Source: a virus (lineage: Duplodnaviria > Caudoviricetes). From it: a DNA stretch of 64,000 bases. The translations under genes and the position numbers were made by a program. Positions within the stretch are counted from its first letter, which is position 1. Every line of letters starts with the position of its first letter. This document shows positions 27,834 through 36,545 of the stretch, one piece after another. The stretch spans positions 7,231-71,230 of the IMG/VR virus record IMGVR_UViG_2870517152_000001; one strand, given 5' to 3'. Under the pieces are notes generated by a model. That model searched no databases and had not been told where the DNA came from. It saw nothing but the letters and a program-made list of their open reading frames with translations.

Positions 27834-29291
27834 CTACTTCTCGGGCGGGAACAGGCCCGCGAACTCGGCGTCGAGGTCGATGCTGTCGCCGCCCGGCAGG
27901 CCGAGGTCGGAGACCGGGATGGTGCCGGGGGTCAGCCCCGCCAGCACGGTCGCGGTGCCGACGGGGTCGGCCTCGGCGAGCCGCAGCCAGTGGTCGCGCC
28001 GGCTCGGCGCGAACTTCCCGGCCTTGATCGCGTCGTCGACCATGCGCTCGCGCTCGGTCCGCTGCTGGGAGGCGGCGATGTCCTCCAGCTTGCGGATGCG
28101 CTTCTGCTGGTCGTCCCACACCTGCCGGTCGACCGTGATGGTGCCCGGCAGGTTCTTGCTCTTGGTCCCCGGCGAGCCGTCACCGCTTGAGGCGGCGAGC
28201 TTCTCGACACCGGCCAGCAGAGCGGCGGGGTCGAGGTCAGCGTCGGCGGGGAGGCCGAGCTTGGCTCGCAGGTCCGCGAGCTGCTCGTCACTGAACTGCA
28301 TGTCAGCGTCCTCCTTGGTTTGCCCGCCGACCGGGGATTCGGTGACGGGAGTCTCGGTTGGGCCGTCCTCAGCGGGCGGCCCGGGCTGGGGCTCGGCAGC
28401 GACGTTTTCGTCGGCAGCCGGCACCTCGATGTCGGGCGCGGCCTTGCTGGCGGGCGGGCGCAGGTCCTCGGGGATCGACTCCTCGCGGGAGGCGAACACC
28501 AACGCGCTGGCGGCCACCTTGGCGGGCCGGTCGACGTACTCGACCTTCACGGCGACCCGCTCGCCGAACTCGACGTCGTCGCCGCTCATGCTGACCGGCA
28601 CCCGGTAGTAGCCGCCGGTCGAGTCGTCCATGACGATGAGCTGCAACGGGTCGAGCTGGATCTCGCAGATCCAGTCGGAGTAGCCGGCGCGCTCGTAGTA
28701 GCGGCGCCGCACGTCCTCGGACGAGACGCCGGCCGCCAGCTCGGGCGTAGGCGGGGGCATAGGCCCTCCTCCTTCGATGGTGATGGTGACCGGCTCGCCG
28801 CCGGCCCCGCTGGAGGCGGCCACGTCGTAGAGGGCGGCGACGTCCTGCAGGCTGTCGAGCGTGCCGATCCCGGGCGCGGTGACGCCGAGCAACGCGACCG
28901 CGGTGATGACCATGCGGTGGGTGTGGCCGATCTGGCACACGAAGTTGCGGGTCGCCTCGATGCTGCGGTCCGGGTAGGCGCTGGCCAGGATCTCGGCCAG
29001 CCACGCCGGCATGCCCCGGTAGTCGCCGACCACCGTGCCGCCGTCGTCCGCGGCGCGCAGCCCGGACACCCAGCCGACCGCGGGCTCGCCGTCGAACCGC
29101 GGGTCGACGTGGCCCAGCTTGAGCACCGGGTTGCGGACGGCAGGGCAGTCGAGCGCGGCCACCGCGGCGGCGAGGTCGTCACGGGTGATGGTCGCCTCCC
29201 CGGAGGAGAGCCGCCACGTGCCGGCCTGGGCCAGCTCGACGCCGGGGATGCTGACGAGCGCGGGGGAGCGCGGCACGTCGATGTCGGCCAC
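27834..29291 (-). CDS. Mu-like prohead protease / scaffold
   Basis: GTW...PVLKLGH...AVGW...YPDRSIE...ALLG protease motifs plus a coiled-coil scaffold C-terminus. Confidence 0.8.
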   Translation of the reverse strand: MADIDVPRSPALVSIPGVELAQAGTWRLSSGEATITRDDLAAAVAALDCPAVRNPVLKLGHVDPRFDGEPAVGWVSGLRAADDGGTVVGDYRGMPAWLAEILASAYPDRSIEATRNFVCQIGHTHRMVITAVALLGVTAPGIGTLDSLQDVAALYDVAASSGAGGEPVTITIEGGGPMPPPTPELAAGVSSEDVRRRYYERAGYSDWICEIQLDPLQLIVMDDSTGGYYRVPVSMSGDDVEFGERVAVKVEYVDRPAKVAASALVFASREESIPEDLRPPASKAAPDIEVPAADENVAAEPQPGPPAEDGPTETPVTESPVGGQTKEDADMQFSDEQLADLRAKLGLPADADLDPAALLAGVEKLAASSGDGSPGTKSKNLPGTITVDRQVWDDQQKRIRKLEDIAASQQRTERERMVDDAIKAGKFAPSRRDHWLRLAEADPVGTATVLAGLTPGTIPVSDLGLPGGDSIDLDAEFAGLFPPEK

Positions 29292-29294
29292 GGC

Positions 29295-31322
29295 CTACCT
29301 CCTGTCCCAGATGGCGATGACCTGGCCGCGGCAGCGGACCCCGCCCAGGCAGGAGACGTAGGCGCCGTTGCCGTACGCCTTCTCGGCGGCGTCGAGGTCG
29401 TCGAAAACGGTGCCGTCGATAGCCCGGCACGGCTGGCAGGTGCTGCGGTCGAGCTGCTCGGAGGCGAGGTAGCGGGCGGCAGGGGCGTCGCGGAGCACCG
29501 CGATGCGGCCGGCTGCCTGCGCTGTGGAGAGTGCGCCGCCGACCTGGTCGCGTACCGCGCGCAGGGAGAGGGCGGCGAGGATCGCGGCCACCTCGACGGC
29601 GACCGCGGCCCCGGCCGCCCCGGGGACGGCCAGCCGCAGCGCGGCAGCGGCGGCGGCCCCGGCCAGGCCGGCAGCGAGCAGTGCGGCCACCGCGACCGCC
29701 ACAGCCTCCAGATGCCCCTCTTCGATGGGGGGCGGTTCGACGCGGACGCCCTGGGCTGCGGCTTCGGCCGACATCTGCTCGGCGCTCGTCTCGGCCAACT
29801 CCAGCATCGCCACCGCGAGCAGTTCCGCGGCTTCCGTGCTGTCGATGGTGAGCTGGGTGAGCGCATGCACGTCGCCGTCGTCCACCGCTGCGGCGATCTG
29901 GGCGGCGAGCTGTGTCCGCCAGTCCTCGGCGATCGCGGGCCAGGCTTCGAGCACGGTGTCGAGCGCTGCCTGCCACGCCTCCTGCACCGCGTCGAGATCC
30001 GGCTCAGCGGCGGCCCGGACCGGCTCTGGCCCGGGGCGGCTGGCGGCGAGTTCCTGGCCCTCACGCGCTGGCGCGGGTTCGGGATCCGGGGGCTGGGGCG
30101 CCGGTGCTCGTACGGGCTCGGCCCGCTCGGGCAGCCGCCACGCCTCCCGCACGTACGCTTCCAGCGCCGGGTCGGGGGCGAGGGCTCCGGACCGCATGAG
30201 CTGCTCCAGCGCCTCGGCGGTGACTTCCTGCCGGGAGCCGACGTCGCTCACGACGATCCGCGGGGCGGGCTCGTCGGGCCCGAAGTTGAGGTCGACCAGG
30301 TCGGTGACGATGCCGGGCATTCCGGTCTGGCCGGTGGTGGCGGTGTCGGCGATCTCGTCGGCGATCGACTGGAGGCTGAGCAGGAACAGGTCGAGGAACG
30401 AGTCGCCGAGCGCCCTGGAGCCGTTGCTGGTGTCGCCGAGGTCCATCAGCCCGGCCAGCGCCTGGCGCGACATCTGCTGGTCGAGGTAGCGGATGAAGCC
30501 CATGGCGTCCGGCACCGAGCCGGTCATGCCGGTGATGGCCAGCCGGAACCCGTCCGGGAGGCCGACCCCGGCGCGGTCGCCGACCCGCATCGCGGACGCC
30601 AGCCGCTGGGCTTCGGCGACCTGGCCGGGTGTGGCCCCGGGCGGGGCGGCCACGGACGGCACTCCCATGCCGAAACGGCGAATCGACGTGGCGTGGACGC
30701 GCCATACCTCGTGCTTGAGCAGCCAGGCGCCGTACGCGGGCCTGAGGAGGCTGCGGCCGGTCCAGTTGGCCGCCTCGCGGTCGTGCACGTACCAGACCAG
30801 CCGGTTCGCCGGGATCGGGCGCACCGCGGCGAGGTTCTGCGTGATCGACTGCACGGTCTCGTCGGCGGCCAGCTGGATCTGGCCGATGGTGTGCGGCATC
30901 CGCTCGCCGAGATTCACGAGCCGGGCCTGCCCGCCGACGATGTCGTAGCGGCGCTCGAACGGCATGAACCCGAACGTCAAGCTCAGCAGCGCCAGCCGGA
31001 GGTGGTCGGCCCAGCGGACGCCGCGCCGCCGCGCTGGGCCGGGCTCCGGATCCACGCCGAGGATCGGCAGGCCAAGGTCGTCGGCGACGAGCTGCACGAC
31101 CTCGTCGCGGCAGCCGGCCGGGTCCACGGCCCAGGTGGCTCGGCGGATCGGCAGCGTGTACGCCGACAGGACGGCGGTGAGCTGGGGGTCGGTGCGCATG
31201 AGCGCGTAGGTGCGGGCTGACAGCGGCCACGTCAGATCCTGGATCTGTTCCTGCAGGTCGCCGTACCAGGTGCCGTAGTTGGAGTCGAGGTGGCCGATGT
31301 CGCGGGTCGGGGCGCTAGCCAT
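29295..31322 (-). CDS. Portal protein (DUF935/Mu gp29-like) fused to a MuF-like C-terminal domain
   Basis: Portal motifs (MRTDPQL, FGFMPFE, RRFGMG, GSRALG) then LDRSTCQPC..DG...C.G..RCRG Cys cluster. Confidence 0.8.
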   Translation of the reverse strand: MASAPTRDIGHLDSNYGTWYGDLQEQIQDLTWPLSARTYALMRTDPQLTAVLSAYTLPIRRATWAVDPAGCRDEVVQLVADDLGLPILGVDPEPGPARRRGVRWADHLRLALLSLTFGFMPFERRYDIVGGQARLVNLGERMPHTIGQIQLAADETVQSITQNLAAVRPIPANRLVWYVHDREAANWTGRSLLRPAYGAWLLKHEVWRVHATSIRRFGMGVPSVAAPPGATPGQVAEAQRLASAMRVGDRAGVGLPDGFRLAITGMTGSVPDAMGFIRYLDQQMSRQALAGLMDLGDTSNGSRALGDSFLDLFLLSLQSIADEIADTATTGQTGMPGIVTDLVDLNFGPDEPAPRIVVSDVGSRQEVTAEALEQLMRSGALAPDPALEAYVREAWRLPERAEPVRAPAPQPPDPEPAPAREGQELAASRPGPEPVRAAAEPDLDAVQEAWQAALDTVLEAWPAIAEDWRTQLAAQIAAAVDDGDVHALTQLTIDSTEAAELLAVAMLELAETSAEQMSAEAAAQGVRVEPPPIEEGHLEAVAVAVAALLAAGLAGAAAAAALRLAVPGAAGAAVAVEVAAILAALSLRAVRDQVGGALSTAQAAGRIAVLRDAPAARYLASEQLDRSTCQPCRAIDGTVFDDLDAAEKAYGNGAYVSCLGGVRCRGQVIAIWDRR

Positions 31323-31533
31323 CGGCGGGCCCCCTCTCGAACTCGTCGGCGACGAGGCGCAGCACGTCGGCGATCCGGCGGCGCAGCTCGCTGTGGTCCA
31401 CGCGGACCTCGATCTCCCAGGTCCCACCGGCGTTGCGCACGGCCGGGCCCTCGACGAGCGGCAGGTCCACGGACCCGACTTCGGCGGTGGTGCCGCCGAT
31501 CTGGAGCACGACGGGTAGGGCGGGGCGAACCAT
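31315..31533 (-). CDS. Hypothetical protein (72 aa)
   Basis: GGGAG RBS; overlaps the portal start. Confidence 0.5.
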   Translation of the reverse strand: MVRPALPVVLQIGGTTAEVGSVDLPLVEGPAVRNAGGTWEIEVRVDHSELRRRIADVLRLVADEFERGPADG

Positions 31534-31538
31534 GCTGA

Positions 31539-31874
31539 TCACTCCCGCTCTGCGCGACTCCACACGGCGTCGTTGGCCTCGTGTACAACCTGCCAAAGCT
31601 CCTGGCGCCGGGCTTCGTCGGCCTCGGCCCACTTGTCGCGCATCGAGTCGACCGCATGCACCAGTCGGCGCACCTCGACAGGCAGACCAGCGATCTCGTC
31701 GGGTTCGCCGGAGATCATGGGACGGAGGGTGTATCCCTCGTTCAGGGTGTCGGCCACCGCGCGCAGGAATCGCTCTAGCTGCGCCCACCGGTGAGAGTCA
31801 GAGTCGAGCACCTCAACACTGCCGAGGTCGTACGCCTTGTCGCCCACGGTCAGCGAGACCGGCAGAACCGTCAT
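31539..31874 (-). CDS. Hypothetical protein (111 aa)
   Basis: GAGGGGGGA RBS; between terminase and portal. Confidence 0.55.
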   Translation of the reverse strand: MTVLPVSLTVGDKAYDLGSVEVLDSDSHRWAQLERFLRAVADTLNEGYTLRPMISGEPDEIAGLPVEVRRLVHAVDSMRDKWAEADEARRQELWQVVHEANDAVWSRAERE

Positions 31875-31886
31875 ATCCGTCCCCCC

Positions 31887-34241
31887 TCAGTAGTTGATGC
31901 TCATCAAGTCGAGGCCGCTCGTGTCGCCGGTCGCCGCGGCGTACGCCTGCCCGATCACGTCGTCCACGGCCGCAGCGGCGCGCCGGGCGTCGACCTCGGC
32001 GGCGGACTCCGACGGCAGCCAGTGCGCTGAGACGACCCGAGCCGCGTACGAGAGCGTGTCCACCTGGTCGTCATGCGCGGCGGTCGGGAACGACGCGAGC
32101 TCATCGCACCAGTCGTCCAGCCAGTCGGCGTGCGCCGGGAACCACACCCGGTGCTGCTTCACCCGCGAGGTGGCCGGCAGCGCCCTCGTGAGCTTGTCGG
32201 TCTCTGCCTTCAACGGCTGGACCGGCACCCCGCTGGCGGTGGCGTCGATGACCAGCGTGGTGCCGATGAACGCCGACTCGACGAACACAGTGTCGGCATT
32301 CCACCGCTCGCGCAGCGGCCGGACCAGGTCCCAGTGATCTTCTTCGCCGACGCGGGCCCGGGCCCGGTCGAGCAGAATCAGGTCGCCATCCAAGCCGATC
32401 GCCCACACGGAAGCGACCGTGTAGTCCGCGCTGGTGCGCTTCGACGCGGCCAAGTCGACCGTCATGAACCGCCAGCAGTCGTCGAGAGCGACAGTCCGCC
32501 CGCCGAGGTCCAGGCGTTGGCCCTGCATGACGCCGTGCCGCGACGGGTCGGCAGGCATGCGCTGCCAGTAGCGGAAGTCCTGCCGCTTGAACAGATTGCC
32601 CTCGGCCGCGGTAGGGGTCTGCTGGTAGATGCTGTTCCACACGTACGCCGACCTGGTGGCCTGCAGCTTCCGGAAGTAGCCAGGCTTCCGGCGTTGCACC
32701 GATGTAAGCTCCTCGCCCGGGCGGCGGCCGAGCGGATCCCCCGGTCCTGCGATCGCGGGGATGCGGACGATCCGCCAGTCGCCGGGCTCGCGCGTCTCCA
32801 GCCGGCCGGCCAGGTCGTCCTCGTGCCAGCGAGTGTTGTGGCTCACCAGCCCGTTGGCGATGAAATTCTCCGTGCGGGCAATCTGAAGGTCGAATACATC
32901 TTCGCGCCCGCACGGCTCCACTGCGACAACTTCGTCAGGCGTGACGCTCCAAGTACCTAGCGGCAGCCCTGAGAATTTCGGGTGACTTCCCGTATCCGAC
33001 GGCGAGGTTGCAGTCGTTGCAGAGCAGCCCGCGCACCTTTCCGGTGTCGTGGTCGTGGTCGACGCATAACTTCCCGTTCCAGTGGGCTCGGGTGTTGCTG
33101 TCCGACGGTGGCTGTCCGCAGATGGCGCAGTTCCCACCCTGCTCGCTGATAAGGAAGTCAACCTCTTCATCGGTGAGCCCGTAACGATGCTTGAGATGAG
33201 CTCTGCGACGCGCCGCAGCGTTGACCGAAGGTGGGCGATGGCCGGATGCCCAACGAGCCTTGTTGTAGTGGGAGGTACACATCCCCTTGCATCGTGCTGC
33301 CGAGTCGCATCCGTCAACGGAACATGTGACTCCGCGCCATTTCCCCCAATAGCCGTCAGGATGCTTACTCCCGGCCGGATTTGATCCGTTCGCAGCCATG
33401 ACTCTTTTCCGTTCGCATCGATGGTCAAAAACGGATGCCGGGCGTTGGCCCTGACAATTCGTCCTGATTTCATCCTAATGCGAAGGAGATCATCCGGTCC
33501 CTGGTTTGCCCAGTTCATCACTGTTGACGTGGTGAGTTCGCCACCTTCATAGGTAGCCACCTCGTCGCCAGGGCGAATGTCGCGCAACGGCTTTTCGCTG
33601 CCGTCTGGCAAGAGCACGGGGGTGTCCCCGGTCATGCACATCATGAGCACGACCTTCGCCCGGGAGGACAGGCGGGTGGAGCCGTTGGACTCCCACCAGT
33701 CCCATGCCGCGTCGCGGTACGTCGCGGATTCGGCTTCGGCGCGGCCTCGTACGGGGTCGTCGATGATGAGCACGTCGACCGGTTCGCCGGTGATGCCGCC
33801 GGCGATTCCGACGCAGATGAGCTGGCCGCCTTGTTCGGTCTCCCACCGGCCGGCGGCTCGGGAGTCGGCGCGCAGGGTGATGCCGAGCTGCGGGTGGGCG
33901 AGGATGTCGCGGCGGATCTGCCGGCCCCACCGTTCGGCCTTGTTGTCGGCGTAGGAGACGATCGCGATCCGCAGGGTGGGGTCGTGGGCGAGCAGCCAGG
34001 CCGGGGTGCGGCGGCTGATCTTCTGCGACTTCCCTTCCTGGGGCGGGCAGAACACCATCAGCTTGTCGTGCTGGCCGCCGTCGAACAGGTCGGCGAGCTC
34101 GCGGTCGATGAGGTCGAGCATCGCGGTCTGCCGGTGGGTGCGGTCCAGCGCGGTGGCCATGGCGCCTGGTGAGGGCCAGGGCCGGGCCTTGATCTGGAAG
34201 TGCCGGGCCGCCACCTCCCACGGCGACAGCGTCGCCGTCAC
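31887..34241 (-). CDS. terL: Terminase large subunit containing an intein
   Basis: PPQEGKS Walker A, LIIDDP Walker B, M-TRWHEDDLAG motif split by the intein, RNase H-like nuclease (VDLA, HDDQVD); GTGA overlap gives start 34241. Confidence 0.93.
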   Translation of the reverse strand: MTATLSPWEVAARHFQIKARPWPSPGAMATALDRTHRQTAMLDLIDRELADLFDGGQHDKLMVFCPPQEGKSQKISRRTPAWLLAHDPTLRIAIVSYADNKAERWGRQIRRDILAHPQLGITLRADSRAAGRWETEQGGQLICVGIAGGITGEPVDVLIIDDPVRGRAEAESATYRDAAWDWWESNGSTRLSSRAKVVLMMCMTGDTPVLLPDGSEKPLRDIRPGDEVATYEGGELTTSTVMNWANQGPDDLLRIRMKSGRIVRANARHPFLTIDANGKESWLRTDQIRPGVSILTAIGGNGAESHVPLTDATRQHDARGCVPPTTTRLVGHPAIAHLRSTLRRVAELISSIVTGSPMKRLTSLSASRVGTAPSADSHRRTATPEPTGTGSYASTTTTTPERCAGCSATTATSPSDTGSHPKFSGLPLGTWSVTPDEVVAVEPCGREDVFDLQIARTENFIANGLVSHNTRWHEDDLAGRLETREPGDWRIVRIPAIAGPGDPLGRRPGEELTSVQRRKPGYFRKLQATRSAYVWNSIYQQTPTAAEGNLFKRQDFRYWQRMPADPSRHGVMQGQRLDLGGRTVALDDCWRFMTVDLAASKRTSADYTVASVWAIGLDGDLILLDRARARVGEEDHWDLVRPLRERWNADTVFVESAFIGTTLVIDATASGVPVQPLKAETDKLTRALPATSRVKQHRVWFPAHADWLDDWCDELASFPTAAHDDQVDTLSYAARVVSAHWLPSESAAEVDARRAAAAVDDVIGQAYAAATGDTSGLDLMSINY
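32835..33638 (-). other. Intein (268 aa, Cys1...His-Asn, Thr+1)
   Basis: CMTGDTPVLLPDG block A, NARHPF block B, VFDLQIARTENFIANGLVSHN blocks F/G; segment visibly more AT-rich than flanks. Confidence 0.93.
32935..33399 (-). CDS. Endonuclease VII-family (His-Me finger) homing endonuclease nested in the intein, in the -1 frame
   Basis: CSVDGC...CKGMCTSHY zinc motif; YGLT...EQGGNCAICG...VDHDHDTGKVRGLLCNDCN EndoVII signature. Confidence 0.9.
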   Translation of the reverse strand: MAANGSNPAGSKHPDGYWGKWRGVTCSVDGCDSAARCKGMCTSHYNKARWASGHRPPSVNAAARRRAHLKHRYGLTDEEVDFLISEQGGNCAICGQPPSDSNTRAHWNGKLCVDHDHDTGKVRGLLCNDCNLAVGYGKSPEILRAAARYLERHA

Positions 34242-34522
34242 GGCTCGCCGACCGTGAGGATCCCGGACCGGCGGACCGGCCGCTGCGTGCTGGTGGTGAT
34301 GCGCGTCCACACCACGTACTGGCCCGGCGCCAACTCCAGGCTGCTGCCCTGGCCGATGACCAGCACGGCATCCGTGCCGTCCCACGCCGCATCGTGGTAT
34401 TCCGAATCGGCCGGCTCTCCCGACGTCTCCAGCACCACAGCCAGTTCGACTGGCCACGCAGAGAAGTCAGCACCCCAGCCGACGCGCAACTCTTCCTTCG
34501 AGGTCACGGGCATGTACGCCAT
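34238..34522 (-). CDS. Small beta-sandwich protein (BppU-N-like), paralogue of 36240-36530
   Basis: AAWDGTDAVLVIG...GQYVVWTRIT matches AEWIGTDAAVLIG...GTYGIWVKIT. Confidence 0.65.
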   Translation of the reverse strand: MAYMPVTSKEELRVGWGADFSAWPVELAVVLETSGEPADSEYHDAAWDGTDAVLVIGQGSSLELAPGQYVVWTRITTSTQRPVRRSGILTVGEP

Positions 34523-34526
34523 CCGG

Positions 34527-35489
34527 CTACTCACCTCCCAGGCGGGGCGGGCCGACGAGCCAGCCGAGCCGCACACCCCCAGACAGCCACGTGAGGCGGG
34601 GCGGGCCGACAACGATGGACGGCAGATCGGGGTCGACCGCGTCGGAGGTTCCGGTGAGGCTGGCGGTGATCGCGGGCAGGACCGCCGCGAGCACGGCCTG
34701 CGGCGGGTCGGACACCTGGCCGGCGAGCGAGGCGGTCAGCGCGGGCAGAGCAGCGGCGATGCTGCCCTCGACCTCGACAACGCCCGACAGGGCAGCGGTC
34801 AACGGCGGAAGCTGGGCGCCGATCTGGCCGAGCACTTCGACCGTCGCGGAGGCCGCCATGACGACCGCGGGCAGGTTGGCGGTGAGGCTGCCCTCGACCG
34901 TCACCGCCCCGTCGAAGCTGGCCGTGACCGCTGGCAGGACGCCGTCCAGGACGCCGGTGACGGTGTCGGAGAGCGTGGATGCGCTGCTGCCGGGGGTACC
35001 GTCCCAGGACCCGCCAGGGGTCGTGTCGCCGTCGAAGTAGTCGCCCAAGGCCGCTGTCTGCTCGATCAGGACCATGGTCGTGTGGACGGTGGTGACGGCG
35101 TAGTTGGCCCCGTCCAAGATGATCTGGGCGAGCGCCGCCCCGCTGGGAGCGGTGGCGGTGAGGCTGGCCCGGGTCACCACTCCGGACGTCAGCGTGTACG
35201 AGCCGTTGCTGTAGGAAATGACACCGTTGGCGGCGTCGCGCCATTCGATGTAGATGCTGCCGCCGCTCGAGAAGCCGTTGGCCGGGCGGATGTACACGCT
35301 GGCCGTGTAGTCCAAGCCGGGCGCTACCGCTCCTGCGGAGGTGCGAAGGAAGGTGCCGCTGGTGTATTCAGCCGCGAAGGGGCGGCCGAAGCCGGTCACC
35401 GCCTGGCGGGTCGGTGTCGCCTCGCCGCCCCACCCGGCCGTGTCGTTGCTCAGGCACGGGTTGATGCAGCTGTTGTGCCTGGTCGCCAT
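34527..35489 (-). CDS. Fibre/adhesin-like protein: carbohydrate-binding-like N-terminal domain plus ~21-aa repeats
   Basis: NP...GW...YTASVY...YFDGD CBM-like pattern; five LPA.TAS..G repeats; W-rich tail. Confidence 0.6.
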   Translation of the reverse strand: MATRHNSCINPCLSNDTAGWGGEATPTRQAVTGFGRPFAAEYTSGTFLRTSAGAVAPGLDYTASVYIRPANGFSSGGSIYIEWRDAANGVISYSNGSYTLTSGVVTRASLTATAPSGAALAQIILDGANYAVTTVHTTMVLIEQTAALGDYFDGDTTPGGSWDGTPGSSASTLSDTVTGVLDGVLPAVTASFDGAVTVEGSLTANLPAVVMAASATVEVLGQIGAQLPPLTAALSGVVEVEGSIAAALPALTASLAGQVSDPPQAVLAAVLPAITASLTGTSDAVDPDLPSIVVGPPRLTWLSGGVRLGWLVGPPRLGGE

Positions 35490-35492
35490 GAG

Positions 35493-35789
35493 TTATGCGA
35501 GCGTGGAGCTGCCGCGCGATACGTAGCCCTGCAGCGGCGGAAGGCTGGCGCACGTGTAGGTGACCTCGTGGGTGACTGGCACGCCGTTCTCGTCGCGGAT
35601 CCACTCGCCCTGCTCGTCGAGGTCGATGACCGTGAGTACGGCGCGCACCGGGTCCTCGTTGTAGACGTACAGCATCCAGCCGGTGACCAAGGGGATGTTG
35701 TTGGCCGAGCACCAGTTCATCAGCATCTTGTAGGGCGGGCTGGTCATGTGGGCCGGGTTGTGCCGGACCTCCACGGTCAGGTACAGCAT
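35493..35789 (-). CDS. Hypothetical protein (98 aa)
   Basis: GGAGG RBS; inside the fibre-like cluster. Confidence 0.55.
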   Translation of the reverse strand: MLYLTVEVRHNPAHMTSPPYKMLMNWCSANNIPLVTGWMLYVYNEDPVRAVLTVIDLDEQGEWIRDENGVPVTHEVTYTCASLPPLQGYVSRGSSTLA

Positions 35790-35797
35790 GATGCCTC

Positions 35798-36229
35798 CTA
35801 GCTCGCGGGCATGGTCACGGTGCCGGCGTTGACCGTCACGTTCACGCCGATGCTGATGGTGGTCGTGTTCATCGTCAGGTCGCCGCCGCCGCCAGTCGCC
35901 GTGACGCTGCCGTCCAGGACGCCGAGCCCTGTGCCCGCGGCCTCGGTGGAGTCGAGGAGCCGGAACCAGCCGGCGGTGCCGTTGGCCAGGCCCGCGACAG
36001 TCAGGGCAGGGGTGGTGTCGAGCCCGACCGCGCCGGCGACGGCTGCAGCGAACGCCGGGTCGCTCAACGTGAATTCCGCGAGCAGGGTGCCGCTGGGTGC
36101 GGTGGCAGGGGTGGCGGGCTGGCTTCCGGTGTAGATGCGCAGCTTGCCGGCCGCGGAGCCGCCGTCGACGAGGGCGGCGACGGCGTTCGCCGCGGCGTTG
36201 CGGGCGGCGGTGTTGATGCGGAGCGCCAT
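35798..36229 (-). CDS. Virion structural protein (fibre-anchor-like)
   Basis: GKLRIYTGSQP...LLAEFTL...GTAGWFRL...DG...GGGGDL pattern seen in phage structural genes. Confidence 0.6.
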   Translation of the reverse strand: MALRINTAARNAAANAVAALVDGGSAAGKLRIYTGSQPATPATAPSGTLLAEFTLSDPAFAAAVAGAVGLDTTPALTVAGLANGTAGWFRLLDSTEAAGTGLGVLDGSVTATGGGGDLTMNTTTISIGVNVTVNAGTVTMPAS

Positions 36230-36239
36230 CGCGGTCCCT

Positions 36240-36530
36240 TCAGGTGACGTAGAGCGAGTAGGGGCCGAGAACGGGAATCTCTGGCGCGGAGGTGATCTTC
36301 ACCCAGATGCCGTAGGTGCCGCCCTTCGTCAGGGGCAACGCGGTGGCCGGCCCGATGAGGACAGCGGCGTCTGTGCCGATCCATTCGGCGGTCTTCCAGT
36401 CGCCGCCGGCTGGATCCTGGCCGTCGGGAACGATCGCCATCTGCACCGGGAGCGAGGTGAGGGTTGCCGGGCCGGTGATGGGAACCTTCACGTACTCGGT
36501 GGACAGGCTCGGGATCCTCAATGCCGTCAT
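36240..36530 (-). CDS. Small beta-sandwich protein (BppU-N-like)
   Basis: Paralogue of 34238-34522. Confidence 0.65.
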   Translation of the reverse strand: MTALRIPSLSTEYVKVPITGPATLTSLPVQMAIVPDGQDPAGGDWKTAEWIGTDAAVLIGPATALPLTKGGTYGIWVKITSAPEIPVLGPYSLYVT

Positions 36531-36545
36531 CCGCGCCCCTTCAAG

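Noticed and set aside
28320-31220. 966-aa plus-strand ORF
   Set aside because: Antisense shadow of the portal and protease genes.
32935-33399. Sequencing frameshift as the explanation for the out-of-frame nuclease
   Set aside because: The terminase/intein frame is uninterrupted across the whole segment and the nuclease has its own ATG and TGA. It would take two compensating errors at exactly these boundaries; still worth checking in reads.
31887-34457. Terminase start at 34457 as in the ORF track
   Set aside because: The first 72 codons overlap a better-supported gene (34238-34522); a GTGA-coupled start at 34241 fits better.
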